Below are positions 22,411 through 35,910 of a DNA stretch of 64,000 bases, in pieces. A program made the position numbers and the translations under genes. The stretch's first letter is position 1, and each line of letters starts with the position of its first letter. Below the pieces are notes generated by a model, which saw only the letters and a program-made list of their open reading frames with translations, was not told where the DNA came from and searched no databases. This stretch comes from Octopus sinensis (lineage: Eukaryota): contig NC_043022.1 in assembly GCF_006345805.1 (NCBI RefSeq), forward strand, positions 1,178,001-1,242,000, given 5' to 3'.

Positions 22411-22897
22411 AATAAACTTTCTTAATGCTCCATAAATATATATATATATATATTTACAAAGTGAGGTAGGAGTTATGAGTGTAATCCACTATGGGATATC
22501 ATTTATCCAATATACTGCCAGTGAAGTACCCAGAAAGGCTAATACATAAATGCTAAGAATTGCAAAGCAGTTAATTCATTTATTGTATTATATGGGCGAA
22601 GGTAAAGTGTTTTACCTCAAATTCATAATACAAAATAAGAGAATGGAGGAATAGATTTCTTTGAATCATCAACTTCCAGATAATACCAATTCATATAATT
22701 TATTAACTAATAATTTAGGAACATCCAGATCAAACAGAATAAAACAGTACACATCAATAAGTAAGATAATACCATAAGAACAATACATATAAATATAAAT
22801 ATAAATAAAAATATATCAAGTAGTTGATGATTGAAAGAAATCTATTCCTCCATTTTCTTATTTTGTATTATATATATATATATATATATATATAACA

Positions 22898-23235
22898 TGT
22901 GAAGGCGCATGGCTCAGTGGTTAGAGCGTCGAGCTTACGATCGTGAGGTTGTGAGCTCGAATCCCGGACCGGGCTGCGTGTTGTGTTCTCGAGCAAAGCA
23001 CTTTATTTCACGTTGTTCCAGTTCACTCAGCTGTAGAAATGAGTTGTGACGTCACTGGTTCCAAGCTGTATCGACCTTTGTCTTTCCCTTGGATAACACT
23101 GGTGGCGTGGAGAGGGGAGGCTGGTATGCATGGGCGACTGCTGGCCTTCCATAAACAACCTTGCCCGGACTTGTGTCTAGGAGGGTAACTTTCTAGGTGC
23201 AATCCCATGGTCATTCATGACCGAAGGGGGTCTTT
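22898..23235 (+). mobile_element. SINE D (tRNA-derived)
   Basis: TGGCTCAGTGGTTAG..GCTCGAATCCC head, core GAGCAAAGCACTTTATTTCACGTTG; relatives at 35911, 36412, 37125-37530. Confidence 0.8.
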
Positions 23236-23543
23236 ATATATAACATGTGTATATGTATGTGTACGTATACACACAAGCACACACACATGTATACACACTT
23301 ATATTTGTTTAAGGTGGAGGGCTTTGGTATTGTTTATTAGACTCTCATTCAGGAAGGAATTCTTAATATTTTAGAAATGAATTGTTTGAATGAAAAACAG
23401 GGTCATAGGTGTGTGTGTGTGGGGGGGGGGCTCTCTGGAGGGGGGTTGCCACCAGAAACAACAATTGTGTTATGATGTTGAGGAAATAAAATCAAACAAA
23501 ATGAAAGAAAAAAATAGAAATGAAAAATAAAATTGAAATAACC

Positions 23544-23995
23544 TAAAATATAAAAAGGAACACTTATCAGTATGCAGAATCCTATTTCAAAGCCAAAGGG
23601 GTCAAAGATATGTTAGGGTTGCGGTGGGGACAGGCGTTAGCAGAAATAGGATGTAAATAAGGATGTAAAGAAATGACTTAAAAGGGGGAGAAAACAAAAG
23701 GTTCGGTCAAGTAGGTTCCTCTTTAGCAAAATGGACATCCTGCACAAAAATGTCCACTGGAGAAGCGAGATAGGGCAGTAAATTGGAAATAACAGGAGTG
23801 AAGGGCCAAGGACTGGATAGGAAAGGAAGGAACTGTGTTGGATTGTTGATATGGGTGGTGGTGGTGGTTCTAGTGGTGGCGGTGGCAGTGGAGTGGTGAA
23901 CCAAGAAGAAAGGATGTGTAAAAGTGCTTCAATGGATTGAGAGAGAGAAACAATTATGAGTTATTTACATGAATAATAGAAATATAGAATATAAC

Positions 23996-24026
<31 letters not shown>

Positions 24027-25400
24027 ATGTATATGCAAACACCCATCCACCCATACTTACATACACACGCGCATACAGGATGTGCCAAGAGTCACTGAAG
24101 GATTTCAATGTTTAATAACTTCCTTAACTTTACAAATAAATGCATGAAATTTTGATCCAATATAAAGGACATAATGGAAATTAATACACACCCATGCTCT
24201 TTCCAAAACTTGCAGCATAACACCCTCAAGAGTTTCAGACCCCACTTCTCTGATTTCTCTATTGATATTCTCCTTCAGTTGTAACAGGGTCTCCAGTTTG
24301 TTGATGTAAACCCTTTCTTTCAGGTATCCCCACAAGAAAAAATCCAGGCAAGTCAAGTCTGAGGAACATGAAGGCCAGTTGACGTTGCCATAGTGAGGGA
24401 TTATTCTCTCTCCAAAGCACTGCCATAGCAACTGCATTGTTTCTCTTGTGGTATGAGCTGTTGACCCATCTTGCAGGAACCACGTGTGATGTCTTCTTTG
24501 AATGGCCTACACGTTCCCCACACTTGACTAGCTGAGTTCTTTTCTTGTGGGGATATCTGAAAAGAGGGTTTATGTCAACAAACTGGAGATCCTGTTACAA
24601 CTGAAGAACATTAATAGAGAAATCAGAGAAGGGTGTTATGAGGGTGTTATGCTGCAAGTTTTGGAAAGAGCATGGCTGTGTAAAACTGAAAATGGCTGCC
24701 ATTTAAGTGATGCCATTTTGCCTATGTGATGTAGTGGTGTTGCAAAATATGACTTGTGCAGATTAATTTCCATTATGTCCTTTAAATTGTAACAAAATTT
24801 CATGCATTTATTTCTAAAGTTATGGAAGTTATTAAAAATTGAAACCCTTCAGTGACTTTTGGGACAACCTGTATGCGTGTGTGTGTGTATGCAAGTATGT
24901 GTGCATGGGTAGGTGGATGGGTGTTTGTATATACATATTCTATATATATATATGTTATATTCTGTATTTATATTATTCATGTAAATAATTCATAATTGTT
25001 TCTCTCTCTCAATCCATTGAAGCACTTTTACACATCCTTTCTTCTTGGTTCACCACTCCACTGCCACCGCCACCACTAGAACCACCACTACCACCACTAC
25101 CCATATCAACAATCCAACACGGTTCCTTCCTTTCCTATCTAGTCCTTGGCCCTTCACTCCTGTTCTTTCCAATTTACTGCCCTATCTCGCTTCTCCAGAG
25201 GGCATTTTTATGCAGGATGTCCATTTTGCTAAAGAGGAACCTACTTGACCGAACCTATTGTTTGCCCCCCTTTTTGAGTCATTCCTTTACATCCTATTTC
25301 TGCTAACGCCTGCCCCCACCGCAACCCTAACATATCTTTGACCCCTTTGACTTTGAAATAGGATTCTGCATATTGATAAGTTTTCCTTTTTATATCTAAA
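23544..25400. repeat. ~1.85 kb imperfect palindrome (arms ~23544-24340 and ~24540-25400)
   Basis: ORFs 23707-23904(-) and 25045-25248(+) are near-identical; flanks and mariner end are mirrored. Confidence 0.88.
24076..24871. mobile_element. Tc1/mariner 3' end present twice in inverted orientation
   Basis: WPSCSSDLTCLDFFLWGYLKERVY and FLQDGSTAH motifs on the - strand; TA|CAGGATGT..ACAACCTG|TA. Confidence 0.85.
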
Positions 25401-25401
25401 G

Positions 25402-25740
25402 TTCATCATCATTTAATGTCCATTGTCCATGCTGGCATGGGTTGGACGGTTTGACTGGGCTGGCATGCTGAAAGGCTGCACCAGATTCCACTCTGATTTG
25501 ACGTGGTTTTCTACAGCTGGATGCCCTTTCTAACACCAGCCACTCCAAGAGCGTAATGGGTGCGTTTATGTGCCACTGGCACGGGTGCCATTTGTGTGAC
25601 ACCGGTATCTGCCGCGACTGTGATTTTACTTGGCTTGATGGGTCTTCTTCTCAAGCACAACATAATGCCAGAAGTCATGGTCCTTGCCTCTGTGAGGCCC
25701 AACACACAAAAGGAACTCCGTGAGGCCCAATGTTCGAAAG
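25402..25740 (-). mobile_element. SINE B, diverged
   Basis: Family similarity. Confidence 0.75.
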
Positions 25741-25813
25741 GAACTCAGTCACTTTGTCTCTATGACAGCAAAGAGAGACTCAGACATTGCTTAAAAAATA
25801 TTTTAGATTTTTA

Positions 25814-26130
25814 ACCTCGTCTATAGTACGCACTAACTTGCGGTGCAAGTTGACCAAAATTGAGAATATGATAGAAGGCTTGCTCTTCCTTCCGTAGAAG
25901 AAAAATTTCAAATCGGACCATGTTAACACCAAAAATTATTTACATCAAAAAGGTGCTTTTTTCCTATGAAAATCCCTATTTTTTACAATTTTTTTACTGC
26001 TGTGTCGCCATTTTTCAAAATGTTCACTTAAAGAGAATAACAAGCTACATAATGCAAAATTTTTACTTTTCAAAAATTCCAATTCTAAAGGGTCGAAACA
26101 AACCCAAGCAACACCAGGTGATACTGCTAA
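25814..26130 (+). mobile_element. Possible non-autonomous Helitron-like element
   Basis: 3' end GCAACACCAGGTGATACTGCTA resembles Helitron termini; from memory only. Confidence 0.3.
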
Positions 26131-26632
26131 TAATAAATATAAAAGAAAATGTCTGGGTGTTCGTAAAAGATATTTTATGAATCTGTCGATACCCTTTGCC
26201 ATTCAGTAGTACTCTCTCTCTCTCTTTCTCCCTCTCTATTTCTCTATTTCTCTTTCTCTCCTCGTAACTTCACTCACAACCGACAGCAGAGACTGAAAAT
26301 TGTGGAGAGCAGAACTGAATAAATAAATGACTGAATAAATATGTTTACATATTTGTTTTCAAAGGATGACGAGCTTCGATTGAACGTAAATAAAAGTTCA
26401 TTCACCGACAGCAAATGAAACAGAGGGAAAACGAAAATGAAACGAAAAAGAACAAAAACGAAAAAAAATGGAAAGAAAATCTAAAGTGTGAAAGAAAGTT
26501 CTGGAGTGATTGTAAGGAAAGTAGTTCCGGGTTCTCACTATAAATTCCGGGTTCCCACTTAGGATAAGTGGCTTCTATACTGCTGGTGCATCCTGTTTGT
26601 CTGTATGTCTGCGCGTGTCAGCAATTTGTGGC

Positions 26633-26935
26633 GGATCTTTTCGGTTTGAATGGCAGTTTTTTCTAGTGGTGTCATATGAAATTGTCACCCATAATTATGA
26701 CCCTAGTATCGATCTATTGCATTTCAATCTATTTTAGGGTTAGGGTTAGTTAGGGGTGGGGGGAAGGGTATCTTTTTTTCTTCACAAATGTAAATAAACC
26801 CAATCTGTTTCTTAAACGAGGGACATATTCATACGGCACAGAATGTATTTTACCTCAATGGACGTCACTGATTGGTTGAAATTGCAGAAATTGTAGAAAA
26901 AAAACAACAAATATCTTACAAACTATAGAATTTTC
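26633..26935. mobile_element. Partial relative of the adjacent foldback element
   Basis: Starts GGATCTTTT; ~26850-26935 is an inverted homolog of ~27205-27290; contains TTAGGG repeats. Confidence 0.6.
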
Positions 26936-27861
26936 GGATCTTTTCTTTTTGAAGGCCAGATTTTCCTAGTTAACTAAAAAATTTGAAACTTCGTATACTG
27001 GTAGAATGTGTCAAAAGAAAACATTATTGTAAACAAAATTGTAAACAAAATTGAAAACAAAATTGTAATTCGTAACTTAAACGTAGTTTAATTTTAAGAA
27101 TTTTAACCAATGAAATCCCAACAATTTCTAGTTAACTAAACACTTTTAAACTTCGTATACTGGTAGAATGTGTTTATAAAACATCATGTTTTCTTGGCTT
27201 TATTGAGAAAATTCTATATGTTGTAAGATATTTCGTCTGAAAATCCGAGCATTCAGCAATTTTAACCAATCAGTTACCTCCATTTAGGTAAACAACATTT
27301 GCTGCGTCTAAAACTGAGACAACATCCTGTAACTAACCCTAACCCTAATTTTTTTTTCTTAATTGTTAAATTAATTTAATTTGTTACGCGTGTAAAAGAA
27401 CCCGAAAGCAATTTAAAAAATTAACAATCAAAATAATTCTATAATTTTTATACACACGCTTTCCGTATACACACGCTTTCCGTATACGGAAAGCGTGTGT
27501 ATAAAAATTATAGAATTATTTTGATTGTTAATTGTTTAAAATCACTTTCCATTGCTTTCGTGTTTTTTTACACGCGTAACAATTAAGAAAAAAAAAAAAA
27601 GGGTTAGGATTAGGGTTAGGGTTAGTTACAGGATATTGTCTCAGTTTTAGACGCAGCAAATGATTTTAGCTCAAAAGAGAGCATAGGATTGGTTAAAATT
27701 CGAAAAGTTAAACCACGTTAAACAAACAAATTACTATTTTCTCAAGAAAGCCAAGAGAAAAAAATGTTTTATTTTGACACATTCTACCGGTATACGAAGT
27801 TTAAAAGTGTTTAGTTAACTAGAAATTGTGTTGAAATCTGGCCTTCAAAAGGAAAAGATCC
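26936..27861. mobile_element. Foldback/MITE with long modular inverted arms
   Basis: GGATCTTTTC..TGAAGGCCAGATT and AATCTGGCCTTCAAAAGGAAAAGATCC termini; near-perfect central hairpin ~27420-27532; no TSD seen. Confidence 0.8.
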
Positions 27862-27989
27862 CAAGTATATATATGGCAACAGCGATCATTTCCAGAACAC
27901 GTATTTCCAACTTTCTACCTGCTCTCACTTTCTTGTCTGAATCCATCTCTCTAGCTGATTGGCTGTTTTTAGCAACGTTCTTATCGTTT

Positions 27990-28196
27990 ATCTAAATCTC
28001 GGTGATTCTTTCTCGTTTTCTTTACCTATGTATTCTACACATCTCCATTTGTATCTATCTATCTACACCGTCTCTGTATCTTTCTCTCTCTCTCTGTCTA
28101 TCTATCTACACCGTCTCTCTCTATCTATTTACACAATCTCTGTCTGTCTGTCTCTATCTATCTACTTACCTACACCATGTCTCTCTCTCTCATTCG

Positions 28197-28248
<52 letters not shown>

Positions 28249-28942
28249 CTACCTACACCGTCTCTCACTCTATCTATTTACACCATCTCTGTCTGTCTCT
28301 CTCTATCTATCTACTTACCTACACCATGTCTCTCTCTCTCTATATCTATCTACACCGTCCTCTCTATCTGTTTACACCATCTCTGTCTGTTTGTCTGCCT
28401 CTATCTCTCTCTCTCTCTATCTCTGTTTATTTGTCTGTTCTCTTCCGCCTAAGCTTCCTAACGACCAATCTATCTAAATTGCAAGCCATCTGTCCTTAAT
28501 CTGCTTACTTATCTAGTTAGCTTTAGCTAGCCAGGGCTAACTAACTAGTTAAACCACAACCACACTCCCTGACTAAAAAACAGAACCAGTTAAACATTTA
28601 ATAATCCCAACGTTGATAAACATGTCATTAACCACATGTAAATTAGAGCTATAATTCCATTTATCCCATTGTTTTTTTCATCTTTTCTATCCAAGTCTCC
28701 CTTCCTCTAACCAATCTATCTATCTATCTATCTGTCTATCTATCTATCTATCCATCAATCTGTCTATCTATCTATCTGTCTGTCTATCTATATCTATCTA
28801 TGTATCTATCTATCTATCTATTATCTACCTATCTGTTTATCTACCTATCTATCTATCCATCTATCTGTCCATCTATCTATCTATCTATCATCTATCTATA
28901 TCTATTTATCTATTTATCTATCTATCTACCTATCTCTCTGTA

Positions 28943-28996
<54 letters not shown>

Positions 28997-29157
28997 GTCT
29001 ATTTATCTATCTCTCTATCCATTTGTCTATCTATCCATCTATCCGTCTATCTATCTATCTATCTATCTATCTATCCATTTGTCTATCTATCCATCTATCC
29101 GTCTATCTATCTATCTATCTCTCTATCTATCCATTTGTCTATCTATCCATCTATCCG

Positions 29158-29203
<46 letters not shown>

Positions 29204-29229
29204 CATTTGTTTATCTATCCATCTATCCG

Positions 29230-29291
<62 letters not shown>

Positions 29292-29315
29292 CATTTGTCT
29301 ATCTATCCATCTATC
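27990..29315. repeat. Compound CT/ATCT minisatellite and (ATCT)n with higher-order units
   Basis: Recurring CTACACCGTCTCTC and CCATTTGTCTATCTATCCATCTATCCG units. Confidence 0.85.
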
Positions 29316-29866
29316 TTCATTCGTCGGTGATACTCAGTGAAGTTATTTTCGGAGACCACATCCTGTCCACCTTTTTTTCTCACTTAGCCAACTCCAAGCC
29401 CGTATATTTATTGCTCTGCTAAACTTTTGGTCGTTAGCAACATACTTTTAAAACCTTAGGGTCAAATATCAATTGTCGGCCCAAATATGTTAACAACTTG
29501 GTGAGGGGTAGAAGTACTTGAAAACTCTTCAAAATACAGCTGCGGCTCCGTTTGTAGGGGCAGCGGTGGAGGTACTATGTAACGCAAACAGAGACAATGT
29601 CGTCTTAAAATGAGGTTAATATACAGTCAGGCACACACACGAGTTAATAGTAATAGTAATAATAATAATAGTAATAATAATAATAATAATAATAACTAAG
29701 CTGCCAGTAGCCAGCCTATTGTGCAACTTAAGGATCCATATATGTAGATGTATGTGGTCTGGTTTGGTTGGCTTAGACGCATAACAAATGAGCAATTTTT
29801 TAAACACATATTTAGGCATGTCTATGTGTCTGTCTGTCAGTCTGTTTCTGTATCTCTCTCTCTCTG

Positions 29867-29918
<52 letters not shown>

Positions 29919-30003
29919 GCTGTGTCTCTCTACCTATCTATATCTGTTTCTCTATCTGTGTCTATCTACCTATCTATATCTGTCAACCTATCTGTTTGGA
30001 TAG

Positions 30004-30073
<70 letters not shown>

Positions 30074-30467
30074 CCATCTATCTCTATCTACCTGTGTATC
30101 TACCTGTGTATCTATCTGTCTGTATGTCAGATCAGACTGCTCGTCTACCTAACACTCTCCCGTTATGACTGAATGCCAACGTTTCACGAACTATCTACAT
30201 GATATCTATCTATCTATACCCAACACTTGGCATGTAATACATAAGTTGTGTTACAAATAAACTAATGCCATGTACAAATTGAAGAGTTCTCAAAGCATTA
30301 AGTGGACTAAATATTAATTAAGCCGTATATAATATTAATGCTGACTAATTCCTATAATTTTAAGCTTCCTGCCAAATGCTTTTTTCTCAGATGGTCTCAA
30401 ACCTCTTTGTTGAGTGACCATTAAAAGTTGTTATTGGCGGATAACTCAAAATTTGTTATGATGCTCC

Positions 30468-30517
<50 letters not shown>

Positions 30518-30779
30518 TTGTCTATCTATCTATCTATCTATTTGAGAGAGAGGGAGAGGGAGATAGTGTGTGTGTGTAACATGTCTAGATCTGATGGGCT
30601 TCATTGTCATGCAATCCTCATCGTTATGTCAGAATGTTCGGTATAAATCCTCGCTTAGACTGGAGACATGGTGGCACAAGGAAAATGGGTGTGTTGGTTC
30701 TAACCTCCTTATCATTCTGCCTGCTTTCAATAACAGTGTGGTATTCTTTCTGTTTAAGATTACAAAGAGAAGTGAAAAT

Positions 30780-31080
30780 TATCGGATGCTGGTACCACCA
30801 GCACCACATAGAAAGCACTGGTGTTGGCGTCACATTGAAAGCACTGGTACTGATGCCACATCAAAAGCACTGGGGATAGTGTCATGTAAGAAGCACTGGT
30901 GCTGGTACCACATAAATAGCGCTGATACTGGTGTCACATAAAAAAAACATCGGTGCTGGTGTCACATTAAAAACAATGGTGATGGCACTATGTAAAAAGC
31001 ACTCCGTACAGTTTGTAAAGTGGCTAGCGTCAGGAAGGGCATCCAGCTGTAGAAACTAAGCCTAAAACAGACTATGGAAC
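30780..31080 (+). mobile_element. SINE B, old copy
   Basis: Degenerate internal modules, AGGAAGGGCATCCAGCTGTAGAAAC. Confidence 0.65.
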
Positions 31081-31689
31081 CTAATGTGACCCCTGACTGT
31101 GATGATGGTGGTGATGATGGTGGTGATGGTGGTGGTGGTGATGATGATGAATAGCTTGTGAGTGAATATGACAGAAACTACACGTGTGCGTGTGTGTGCA
31201 CAGGTGCGTGCTTGTTTGTATGTCTTTGCGCTTGTCCTCCCACGACTACAGCCTGACAACCCGTGTCAGTTTGTTTACGTCCCTGTAATGTAGCAGTTCG
31301 TGAGAAGAGACTGATAGAAGACGTACCAGACGTAAAATGTCATACTGTGGTCAATCTGTTTGACTAGAACTATTCGTTGCGATGCCCCAGCTTGGCTGCT
31401 GTCCAATGATCAGAACAAGTGGAAAATAAAAGAGACATAGAGGCATTGGCATTTTTGAAAATAAAAAAAAACACGAGAAAAGTATTTTTCTGAATTGGAT
31501 CAAAATCGCCATGTTTTAAACATGGAAAACCCCCATCACCCGCCTCCCTAAAGAAAACCAAATTGCGAAAGTTAAAAAGGGGGGGGAATTATGTCTTTTT
31601 TTTTGTTTTTTGAAATACGACGTGATGGTCATGATTTGAATGTCTGTGATTATGATGGTCTGTTTGGTCAGGGCTGAGTTGGAGATTAA

Positions 31690-31956
31690 AACACTGCCAA
31701 TATACATGACCACTACCACCACCACCACCACCACCACCACCACACCACCACCACCACCACCACCATCCCCGGTAGTGGGGGCCACCACCACCACATCCGC
31801 CACCACTACCACTACCCTCCACCACCACATCCACTCACAACTTCAAAAGCAGCAATTCCCACCACCACCTCTGCCACCCCCACCCCCACCACTTCCACCA
31901 CCACATCCAGTCGCAACAACTCCAAAAGCAACAATTTCCCCATTACCGCCACCACC

Positions 31957-31988
<32 letters not shown>

Positions 31989-32010
31989 CAACAACAACTG
32001 CAACAACAGC
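31690..32010. repeat. (CCA)n/(CAA)n low complexity (similar tract at 35020-35510)
   Basis: Direct reading. Confidence 0.9.
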
Positions 32011-32315
32011 AGCAGCAAAGCCTGTAAATAATGGTGGCAAAAATCAACAATTGTTAATACGTGATAATGAGATAAGGATTTAAAGTAAACAACAAAAAAC
32101 GACAAAAGAGATTCTCAGAAAACGATTTTCTAACCAATTATCCCATCACTTGTTCCAATACGCCCCCCCCCACATACACATACACACACCTACTCATCCA
32201 CACTCACACACAGCTTCTAAACCCCCCTCTCTCTCTCTGGTATACTCTTTTACTTGCTTCAGTCACTTGACTGTGGCCATGCTGGAGCACCGCCTTCAGT
32301 CGAGCAAATCGACCC

Positions 32316-32369
<54 letters not shown>

Positions 32370-32374
32370 TGTTC

Positions 32375-32794
32375 GACTGTGGTCGAGACAATGGAATTTA
32401 CCATGTTGCGCCAGACTTCACGGTCCATCATAGCATTACGGAGGTCCTGTTGCTGGATGCCTGTATCCCTGGAGATTACATCAGGGTAGGAGAGTGTGCG
32501 CCCTCTGGTATCGCGACCGTGGTCGAGACAATGGAATTTACCATGCTACACCAGACTTCACAGTCCATCATGGCATTACGGAGGTCCTGTTGCTGGATGC
32601 CTGTATCCCTGGAGATTACATCAGGGTAGGAGAGTGTGCGCCCTCTGGTATCGCGACCGTGGTCGAGACAATGGAATTTACCATGCTACACCAGACTTCA
32701 CAGTCCATCATGGCATTACGGAGGTCCTGTTGCTGGATGCCTGTATCCCTGGAGATTACATCAGGGTAGGAGAGTGGGCACCCTCTGGTATTGC
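32375..32794. repeat. 140-bp x3 tandem repeat of the RTE 3' terminus
   Basis: GGTCGAGACA at 32381, 32521, 32661. Confidence 0.95.
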
Positions 32795-34037
32795 GAGTAG
32801 ATGGCTGCCAGAGGAGAAGAGTAGAAATTGCCTCTTTTTCAGCTCTACAACAATGTCCAGCAAACTGGACTCTCCTACCTTTCACAAGAGATGACACAGG
32901 TGGTAGTTTCCCATATATTTGCATTTTGGTTGGATGACTCTTCCATGAGAGATTTTGAGCTCTCATAAGGAGGCGAGTGTAGGTTCCATCCAACCGCCTC
33001 TCAAGCTTCTTTGATAACGTCCAGGTTTCTGATCCATATAGTAGAATTTGTTCAACTGTGGCTTTGAATATTTCAAGTTTGAAGTCTCTACTTAGATTTG
33101 ATGACCAGATCTTATGCATGTCATTACAGGCTGACCAGGCCATACCCTTTCTAGTTAGAAAGTCTTTTCCAGGTGATGATATGTATGACCCAAGATATTT
33201 GTAATCAGAAACCATATTTAAGGGTGCATTGTTGAGAGTATGGATGATGCAATCACTGTTGGACAGGCACTTGTTTATGTATTCAGTTTTGGCCTCATTG
33301 AGGTAAAGACCTACACAATTTGAGGCTTGTTCAAGAGATTGTAAAAGAGACTGGGCATTGGAGAGAGAATCACTGATAAGAGCGATGTCGTCAGCAAAGT
33401 CAGTGTCTGTCAAGTACTCAGCTGGGTGTCTGGAACTTCTTCTTGGTTTTATTTCAAAGCCCTTGCCAGAGATGGTATCAACTGACATACGTAGCACATA
33501 ATCAACAACAATGATGAAAAGAAATGGGGCGAGTGTGTCTCCCTGCAGTATTCCGGCCTCGATCGAGAAAGATGATGTTTCTCCATCAGGGGTTAAGATG
33601 GTTGAAGACGTACCTGTGTAGAGGACCTTGATGGCAGAAATAATTTTGTCTGGTATCCCATAGAGCTTAAGGATTTCAAACATCTTGTACCTATCTACAG
33701 AATCGAATGCTTTAGAAAAGTCTATAAATACCATTGCAAGATCGCGATTAAATGCTTTTGATTCTTCAATAAGTCTGCGCAGGCATAGTATCTGGCTCAG
33801 CGTTGAGCGCCCATGTCTGAATCCATTTTGGTTCTTTCGGAGCAAAGGTTCAACAAAAAGGACAAGACGATTTAGGATCAGTTTGTTGTACAGTTTTGCA
33901 GCAATTGACATTAGAGATATGCCCCTGTAGTTGGTGACGAGGGACAATGATTTGAGATTGGTGCCAAATCTTTGGAGCGACAAAGGTGGAAAGTGTGTGG
34001 TTGCAGAGGTTAAGCAAAAGTGTGTGAAATCTATCAT
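32616..34037 (-). pseudogene. RTE reverse transcriptase domain, truncated
   Basis: NYRGISL, FIDFSKAFDSV, ILQGDTLAP, FADDIAL, YKYLGS. Confidence 0.88.
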
Positions 34038-34863
34038 CCTTCCAAATCACAGCCGGAATGTTGTCGGCCCCATGACTTATTCTTTGTAAGCCTAATACTT
34101 ATCCTATCGGTCTTTTTTGCCGAACCGCTAAGTTACGGGGACGTTAACACAGCAACATCGGTTGTCAAGCGATGTTGGGGGGGGGGGACAAACACAGACA
34201 CACAAATATATAACATATATACGACAGGTTTCTTTCAGTTTCCGTCTACCAAGTCCACTTACAAGGCTTTGGTCGGCGCGAGGCTATAGTAGAAGACACT
34301 TTCCCAAGGTGCCATGCAGTGGGACTGAACCCGGAACCATGTGGTTCGTAAGCAAGCTACTTACCACACAGCTACTTCTATGCCTACATACATAATTTGA
34401 ATCCAGCTTTTACATCTAGATTACAAATTTACATTTATACCAGTAATAATTGGTGCAGTTCATTTTGTGACAGTCCGGATAATTTATGATTTTCAGAAAA
34501 AGAAATCGAACAACAGATTCGTACTTTACAAACGCAATTTGTAAGGAACAGTAAAAATATACAAGACTTTTCTCAAGTTTAGAATGTGATATTGTTTTTG
34601 TTATCTACTTTCCAACAATGGAGCTTTGTGGCTTTGTTAGAAACCAGCCCTTTCTTCAATGGAAGAATTTAAGTAATTAAAACACAAGAAAACATTACAT
34701 GATGGCCAACCATTCATGACCGAGGAAGACCATTTTGCACCATTATTATATTTTGACAATCTTTATTTTTTGTTAGAAAGCTGACACATCTATTTTTTTA
34801 TTCTAACTTATTTTGCGCTTTATAAAGTATTTATAAATCGTTTTTTGCTCTTTTTATTTAGAG

Positions 34864-34945
34864 ATGGATAAGTCGGAAATTTGTACAGTTTTGAAATATG
34901 AGTTCTTTCTTGGAAATACAGCATCACAGGTACCTCGGAATATTA
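34864..34945 (+). pseudogene. Mariner transposase N-terminal HTH fragment
   Basis: MDKSEICTVLKYEFFLGNTASQVPRNI resembles the mariner N-terminus. Confidence 0.6.
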
Positions 34946-35910
34946 CACACACACAGCCTAGAATGCTTTGTGTTGGAGTGATGGATGGACGCCATCTTTT
35001 GTTAGTTCTCTTCTGGGCACTTATGATGACAACCATCACCACCGCCATCGGCACCGGCACCGCCATCACCGTCACAGCCACCGCCACCCCACCCCTTCCA
35101 CAACAACAAGGCCAACCACATCCTGGAATTCAAGATCACTATCTCCACCACAACTGGTATTAACTCCACCACCACAACCATCACCACCGCCACCATTGCC
35201 ACCATCACCACCGCCACCATTGCCACCATCACCACCGTCATCGCCACCACCTCCATCATCATCTCTTCTGCCACCGTCACTTGTAACAACCACCATCATC
35301 ACGTCCACAACCATCACTACCACCACCACTATCAACAACACCATCACCACAACCAGCACTACCACCATCACAACACCACCATCACAACACCACCATCAAC
35401 AACAACAACAACCTAACCATCACCACCACTGTCATCATCACCTCCCACAATGACGACGACGACCACCGCCACCGCCACCACCACAAACACCACCACCAAC
35501 AACAACAAAGGTGCGTAGAGTTTGTTAAAGAGGCTTGTTAATAATTCTTTCTGATATCAGCAACGAAATAATTGTGGCAAACAATATTTCATCTTATTAC
35601 AAGTTGCTGTTTCCCATTGAAAACAAATGAAGGGGTGAAAATAGATATAGAGGAAGGGCAAGGAGAGTGGGGGGTGGAGTAGGGAAATAAAGACAAAGAA
35701 AGAGGGAGAGTTGTGATTACAATGATAGCGTGCAGACAGACAGGCAGGCAGGCAGGCAGGCAGATAGGATGCCGCAAAATGTGTGGCTTGGAGTCCAGTT
35801 ACTTCAGGAACTTGTAGAAGTTTCAAAGGAAAAAAAAATTGGGAAAACAACACAGGAGAAGGGAAGGGCTTATTAACTAAAGGAATGTGTGTGTGTGTGT
35901 ATAATATATG

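Larger units (their letters stand above)
32317..34063 (-). mobile_element. RTE-type LINE, 5'-truncated, (TGA)n tail, ~10-bp TSD
   Basis: TSD TCGACCCCAT (32309) / TCGGCCCCAT (34064); tail 32317-32369. Confidence 0.88.
32243..34384 (-). mobile_element. SINE A split by the RTE insertion (pieces 32243-32316 and 34066-34384)
   Basis: GAGCAAATCGACCCC | CCCCATGACTTATTC rejoin into the family consensus. Confidence 0.85.

Noticed and set aside
34490-34660. MADF/Harbinger-like relic (EIEHKIRTLQTQFVR)
   Set aside because: Too short and interrupted to support without a profile search
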